This document shows, piece by piece, positions 9,401 to 14,971 of a stretch of 14,971 nucleotides of DNA. The position numbers and the translations under genes are program-made. Source of the DNA: an uncultured Spirochaetota bacterium. GTDB lineage: Bacteria; Spirochaetota; Spirochaetia; SZUA-6; Fen-1364. The notes beneath the pieces were generated by a model. It saw only the letters and a program-made list of their open reading frames with translations. It was not told the origin of the DNA and did not search any database. The stretch lies in NCBI GenBank assembly GCA_963745235.1, contig CAVUXE010000047.1:1-14971 (forward strand). The letters are read 5' to 3'. The first letter of the stretch is position 1, and each line of letters begins with the position of its first letter.

Positions 9401-12400
9401 CCGGGCAGACGGTGGACCTGTCGACCTCGACGCGACGATACAGAATCTGACGGTCAGTAACGGGGCAGGGGCGACGCTGGCAGGGGCGAGCACGACGGTG
9501 AGCGGAGCCTTGAGTGTGAGCGCGGGGAGCCTGAGCCTGGGGGGCAGCAACCTGGTGGTGGGAGGGGCGGTCTCAGGGGCGGGGACCCTGGCGGCAACGG
9601 GCAGTGAGACGATCAGCGCGGCAGGGGGCTGGTCGATATCCGGGTTCACTGCGGTGAGCTCCCAGGTGACCTTTGGCGGGGGGACGGTGAGCCCGGGAGC
9701 CTACAATTTCTACACGGTGGTGGTGAGCCAGGCGGTGACGCTGGGAGGGAACCTGGGGGTGGTGCACGACCTGACGATCAACGCGGTGACGGGGAGCCTG
9801 GCTGGAGGGACGAACACGATCACGGTGGGGAGGAACTGGAATAACAGTCGGGGAGCCTCTGGGTACAGCGGCAGCGGTGCGGGAACGGTTATGTTCAACG
9901 ACAACACGCAGATCAGCCAGATAAACGGGACGACGAGCTTCAACAACTTCAGCTGCATTACTCCCGGCAAGACCATCCAGTTTCAGGCAGGGGTGGGCAA
10001 CATTTCTGCGATCGGGGGCAGCTTCACGATCACGGGAGCCTCCGGGGGAAGCGGGAACCTGATCAACCTGCAGAGTCAGACGGGTGGCAGCCCGTGGTAT
10101 TTCTCGGTGGGTGGGGCGAAGAGCGTCGACTACGCGGCGGTGAGCGACAGCAGCTACAACGTGGCCTCCATCACGGCGACGAACAGTGCGGACGTGACGC
10201 CGGCGGATAACACGAACTGGATCTTCGGCTCCTCAGCCCTGACATGGACGGGGGCGGTGTCCATCTCGTGGAACAACGGGGGCAACTGGTCCAACGGGTA
10301 TGTGCCGAACAGCACGGACAACGTGACGATCAACAACGGCAGCTCGTTCAACCTGGACGTTGGGGGGTTGAGCGCGGCCACGACGCAGGTTATGGGAGTG
10401 ACGATCAACGGGACAGTGAACGCCACCAGCAGTGGATCGGTGGGGGTGCAGGGGAACCTGGTGGTAGCGGGGACGGCTGTATTCGGGAACGCAGGAGCCA
10501 CGACCTGGGTGATGAGCGGTGCGGGGAAGAGTGTCAGCTCGTCGATAGGGACGAGCATCGGGAACCTGACGGTGCAGGCGGGAGGGGGGAACACGGTCAG
10601 CCTGGTGAGTGCGCTGAGCGTGAGCTCTTTGACTCTGACGAGCGGGACACTTGCGGCTGCGGGTAACGGGCTGAGCGTAGCGGGGAACATCACGCAAGCA
10701 GGAGGGCTGGTCACCTCCACGGGGACAGTGACGCTGAACGGGAGTGCGGCGGGGCAGACGGTGGACCTGTCGACCTCGACGCTTGCTAACCTGACGGTGA
10801 ATAACACCTTCACCACCCCGACGGTGACCTCCAGCGGGACGATCACTCTGGGGGGGACCCTCGCGCTGAGCGGTGGGACGCTGGCCATGGGGGTCAACGG
10901 GCTGAGTGTTGGGGGGAACATCACGCGGGGGACAGGACTGATCACGTCCAGCGGGACGGTGACGCTGAACGGGAGCGGGGCGCAGGGGGTTGACTTCACC
11001 TCCTCGACGCTGACGAACCTGACGGTGAACAACTCCACGGGAGCCACGGTGACGGTGAACACCTCGGGGATCACCCTGGGAGGGAACCTAGCGCTGAGCA
11101 AGGGGACGTTGGCGATGGCAGCCCTGGCGCTGAACGTTGCGGGGAACATCACGCAAGCAGGAGGGCTGATCACCTCCAGCGGGACGGTGACGCTGAACGG
11201 GAGTGCGGCGGGGCAGACGGTGGACCTGTCGACCTCGACGCTTGCCAACCTGACGGTGAATAACAGCTTCACTACCCCGACAGTGACCTCCAGCGGGACG
11301 ATCACCCTGGGGGGGACCCTTGCGCTGAGCGGTGGGACGCTGGCCATGGGGGTCAACGGGCTGAGTGTTGGGGGGAACATCACGCGGGGGACAGGACTGA
11401 TCACGTCCAGCGGGACGGTGACGCTGAACGGGAGTGTAGCGCAGGGGGTGGACTTCACCTCCTCGACGCTGACGAACCTGACGGTGAACAACTCCACGGG
11501 AGCCACGGTGACGGTGAACACCTCGGGGATCACCCTGGGAGGGAACCTAGCGCTGAGCAAGGGGACGCTGGCGATGGCGGCCCTGGGGTTGAGCGTTGCG
11601 GGGAACATCACGCAAGCAGGAGGGCTGGTCACCTCCACGGGGACAGTGACGCTGAACGGGAGTGCGGCGGGGCAGACGGTGGACCTGTCGACCTCGACGC
11701 TTGCCAACCTGACGGTGAATAACACCTTCACCACCCCGACGGTGACCTCCAGCGGGACGATCACTCTGGGGGGGACCCTCGCGCTGAGCGGTGGGACGCT
11801 GGCCATGGGGGTCAACGGGCTGAGTGTTGGGGGGAACATCACGCGGGGGACAGGACTGATCACGTCCAGCGGGACGGTGACGCTGAACGGGAGCGGGGCG
11901 CAGGGGGTTGACTTCACCTCCTCGACGCTGACGAACCTGACGGTGAACAACTCCACGGGAGCCACGGTGACGGTGAACACCTCGGGGATCACCCTGGGAG
12001 GGAACCTAGCGCTGAGCAAGGGGACGTTGGCGATGGCAGCCCTGGCGCTGAACGTTGCGGGGAACATCACGCAAGCAGGAGGGCTGATCACCTCCAGCGG
12101 GACGGTGACGCTGAACGGGAGTGCGGCGGGGCAGACGGTGGACCTGTCGACCTCGACGCTTGCCAACCTGACGGTGAATAACACCTTCACCACCCCGACG
12201 GTGACCTCCAGCGGGACGATCACCCTGGGGGGGACCCTTGCGCTGAGCGGTGGGACGCTGGCCATGGGGGTCAACGGGCTGATGTTGGGGGAACATCACG
12301 CGGGGGACAGGACTGATCACGTCCAGCGGGACGGTGACGCTGAACGGGAGTGTAGCGCAGGGGGTGGACTTCACCTCCTCGACGCTGACGAACCTGACGG

Positions 12401-14971
12401 TGAACAACTCCACGGGAGCCACGGTGACGGTGAACACCTCGGGGATCACCCTGGGAGGGAACCTAGCGCTGAGCAAGGGGACGTTGGCGATGGCGGCCCT
12501 GGGGTTGAGCGTAGCGGGCAACATCACGCAGGCAGGAGGGCTGATCACCTCCAGCGGGACGGTGACGCTGAACGGGAGTGCGGCAGGACAGACGGTGGAC
12601 CTGTCGACCTCGACGCTTGCCAACCTGACTGTGAATAACACCTTCACGACCCCGACGGTGACCTCCAGCGGGACGATCACCCTGGGAGGGACCCTTGCGC
12701 TGACCGGTGGGACGCTGGCCATGGGGGGCAACGGGCTGACGGTGGCGGGGAACATCACGCGGGGGACAGGGCTGATCACCTCCACGGGGACGGTGACGCT
12801 GGACGGGAGTGCGGCGCAGGGAGTGGACTTCACCTCCTCGACGCTGACGAACCTGACGGTGAACAACTCCACGGGTGCCACGGTGACGGTGAACACCTCG
12901 GGGATCACCCTGGGAGGGAACCTTGCGCTGAGCAAGGGGACGTTGGCCATGGCAGCCCTGGGGTTGAACGTAGCGGGCAACATCACGCAGGCGGGAGGGC
13001 TGATCACCTCCAGCGGGACGGTGACGCTGGACGGGAGTGCGGCGCAGACAACAGACCTTTCAACCTCGACGATACAGAATCTGACGGTGAGTAATGCGGC
13101 AGGGGCGACGCTGGCAGGGGCAACGACGACGGTGAACGGAGCCTTGAGCGTAAGCGCTGGGAGTCTGAGCCTGGTGGGGAGCAATCTGGCGGTGGGAGGG
13201 GCTGTCTCAGGGGCGGGGACCCTGGCGGCAACGGGCAGTGAGACGATCAGCGCGGCAGGGGGGCTGGTCGATAACCGGGCTTCACGGCGGTCAGCTCTCA
13301 GGTGACCTTTGGCGGGGGGACGGTGAGCCCGGGAGCCTACAATTTCTACACGGTGGTGGTGAGCCAGGCGGTGACGCTGGGAGGGAACCTGGGGGTGGTG
13401 CACGACCTGACGATCAACGCGGTGACGGGGAGCCTGGCTGGAGGGACGAACACGATCACGGTGGGGAGGAACTGGAATAACAGTCGGGGAGCCTTAGGTA
13501 CAGCGGCAGCGGTGCGGGAACGGTTATGTTCAACGACAACACGCAGATCAGCCAGATAAACGGGACGACGAGCTTCAACAACTTCAGCTGCACGACGGCG
13601 GGGAAGACCATCCAGTTTCAGGCAGGGGTGGGCAACATTTCGGCGGTGGGGGGCAGTTTCACGATCACGGGAGCCTCCGGGGGAAGCGGGAATCTGATCA
13701 ATCTGCAGAGTCAGACGGGCGGGAGCCAGTGGTATTTCTCGGCCGCAGGGGCGAAGAGCGTCGACTACGCGGCGGTGAGCGACAGCAGCTACAACGTGGC
13801 CTCCATCACGGCGACGAACAGCGCGGACGTGACGCCGGCGGACAACACGAACTGGGTCTTCGGCTCCTCGAGCCTGACATGGACAGGAGTGGTGTCCATC
13901 TCGTGGAACAACGGGGGCAACTGGTCCAACGGGTATGTGCCGAACAGCACGGACAACGTGACGATCAACAACGGCAGCTCGTTCAACCTGGACGTTGGAG
14001 GGCTGAGCTCGGCCACGACGCAGGTTACGGGAGTGACGATCAACGGGACGGTGAACGCCACCAGCAGTGGATCGGTGGGGGTGCAGGGGAACCTGGTGGT
14101 AGCGGGGACGGCTGTATTCGGGAATGCAGGAGCCACGAGCTGGGTGATGAGCGGTGCGGGGAAGAGCGTCAGCTCGTCGATAGGGACGAGCATCGGGAAC
14201 CTGACGGTGCAGGCGGGAGGGGGGAACACGGTCAGCCTGGGGAGTGCGCTGAGCGTGAGCACGCTGAGCCTGGCAAGCGGGACACTGGCGGCCGGGGGCA
14301 ACGGGCTGAGCGTTGCGGGCAACATCACGCAGGCGGGAGGGCTGGTCACTTCCACGGGGACGGTGACGCTGAACGGGAGTGCGGCTCAAGGGGTGGACTT
14401 CACAGGGTGGACGCTGACCAACCTGACGGTAAACAACTCCACGGGTGCCACGGTGACGGTGAACACCACGGGGATCACCCTGGGAGGGAACCTTGCGCTG
14501 AGCAAGGGGACGTTGGCCATGGGAGCCCTGGCGTTGAACGTAGCGGGGAACATCACGCAAGCGGGCGGTGCAGTCACGTTTACCGGAGCGGGGACGGTGA
14601 CGCTGAACGGGAGTGCGGCAGGGCAGACGGTGGATCTGTCGACCTCGACGCTGATCAACCTGACGGTCAATAGCGCCTACGCTACGGCTCCCCAGGTGAG
14701 CCTGGCGGGAAACCTCACGGTGTCCAACCTGTTGACCATGACGCAGGGAGTTCTTGCCTTGGGCGGCAACCTCCTGAGGCTCGGCGCCAACCTTGCGCTG
14801 AGCTCGACAAATGTAACAGGAATTGCCATCGGCACAGGGACCCTGGACGGCTTGACCAACGGGAAGACCATTACCATCAGCAACGCGAACGCCTCGATTA
14901 CCCAGTCCACGGGCACGCTGAGTGCGGCTTCGTTGACCGTGAGTGCTGGGGCCTACACCCTTTCCGGGGCG
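3426..14971 (+). CDS. Giant secreted modular beta-solenoid adhesin-like protein (gene 2; 3'-truncated; frameshifted in this sequence, about 3,850 aa or more)
   Basis: ORFs 3426-8342, 8362-9450, 9498-12638, 12334-13305, 13302-13559 and an unlisted open frame from 13499 to the window end join into one protein once indels are corrected using sister repeat copies. The indels are -C ~8320, -C ~8355, +CGACG (or -1) 9433, -G ~12283, -G 12287-91, +G 13258-63, +1 ~13279 and -G ~13498. Promoter, RBS and signal peptide are present. Confidence 0.85.
6849..9308 (+). repeat. Intragenic tandem array A: 441-bp (147-aa) unit made of 219-bp 'a' and 222-bp 'b' subunits
   Basis: b starts (ACCGGGTCCACCATC) are at about 6993, 7434, 7656, 8097, 8536 and 8977. 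a starts (ACCGGGTCGACAATC) are at about 7215, 7878, 8319, 8758 and 9199. The order is a'-b-a-b-b-a-b-a-b-a-b-a'. Copies look essentially identical at DNA level. Confidence 0.95.
9433..10750 (+). repeat. Segmental duplication, copy 1 (module junction: C-cap plus N-cap)
   Basis: Colinear with 13067-14385 at an offset of ~3634-3635 bp. Shared peptides include TIQNLTVSN, PGAYNFYTVVVSQ, GKTIQFQAGVGNIS and ISWNNGGNWSNGYVPNSTDNVTI. Confidence 0.93.
10675..13071 (+). repeat. Intragenic tandem array B: 459-bp (153-aa) unit made of 77-aa and 76-aa subunits, about 5.2 copies
   Basis: AACATCACGCA(A/G)GC (NITQA) recurs at 10686, 11145, 11604, 12063, 12520 and 12979 (period 459; 457 across the 2-bp deletion). 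Related partial copies are at 1-290, 9320-9432 and 14300-14670. Confidence 0.95.
13067..14385 (+). repeat. Segmental duplication, copy 2
   Basis: Highly similar to 9433-10750, with scattered substitutions, many synonymous (e.g. SCITPGK vs SCTTAGK, SPWYFSVG vs SQWYFSAA). Confidence 0.93.
14369..14971 (+). repeat. Segment of gene 2 paralogous to gene 1 bases 1-594
   Basis: Both read ...GVDFTGWTLTNLTVNNSTGAT...APQVSLAGNLTVSNLLTMTQGVLALGGNLLRLG...LTVSAGAYTLSGA. The lengths differ by two in-frame indels (3 and 6 bp). Confidence 0.93.

Noticed and set aside
9560-9584. G-quadruplex-like GGGAGGGGCGGTCTCAGGGGCGGGG (similar at ~13194-13218) as a recombination trigger
   Set aside because: G-runs are expected from Gly GGG codons throughout this region, and there is no evidence of a specific role.
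6812-12274. Long minus-strand ORFs (6812-8404, 8331-9371, 10154-12274 and others)
   Set aside because: They are antisense shadows of the repetitive + strand CDS. They are V/P-rich mirror translations in codon register with the sense gene, and the G/T/S/N codon bias rarely creates antisense stops.
6849-13071. CRISPR-like array or DGR template/variable repeat pair
   Set aside because: The repeats are 219-459 bp, in frame and have no spacers. Differences between copies are not adenine-specific, and there is no cas or reverse transcriptase gene in the window.
8362-13559. Separate genes starting at 8362, 9498, 12334 and 13302
   Set aside because: The starts are internal GTG (Val) codons within repeats, with no signal peptide. 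Each follows an indel identifiable from sister copies, so they are fragments of gene 2.
13729-14673. 314-aa + strand ORF
   Set aside because: It is in the wrong frame. The real frame (from 13499) is open to the window end and matches 9864-10750 and gene 1.
14369-14971. Terminal redundancy from a circular contig
   Set aside because: The two ends differ by many synonymous substitutions and two in-frame indels, so they are paralogs and not the same locus.

Overview
The window holds two co-oriented (+ strand) paralogous genes for giant secreted Gly/Thr/Ser/Asn-rich repeat proteins, probably beta-helix/solenoid surface adhesins, separated by a 170-bp spacer. Gene 1 (<1..3255) is 5'-truncated and ends in a FlgD-Ig / T9SS-CTD-like domain of a style I associate with Spirochaetia. 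The spacer has a good sigma70 promoter (TTGTGG-17bp-TATAAT) and a GGAGG RBS. Gene 2 starts at GTG 3426 with a signal peptide and runs off the window end (about 3,850 codons or more). It is split into several ORFs by 8 small indels, all inside repeated DNA, so these are most likely long-read or polishing errors. Gene 2 is a chain of macro-modules (Trp-rich N-cap, variable-length solenoid, C-cap). It contains two near-identical tandem arrays (441-bp and 459-bp units, the second with a 918-bp higher-order period) and a ~1.3-kb segmental duplication. Its last 603 bp are paralogous to the first 594 bp of the window, so gene 2 probably ends like gene 1. I saw no RNA genes, mobile elements or CRISPR arrays.
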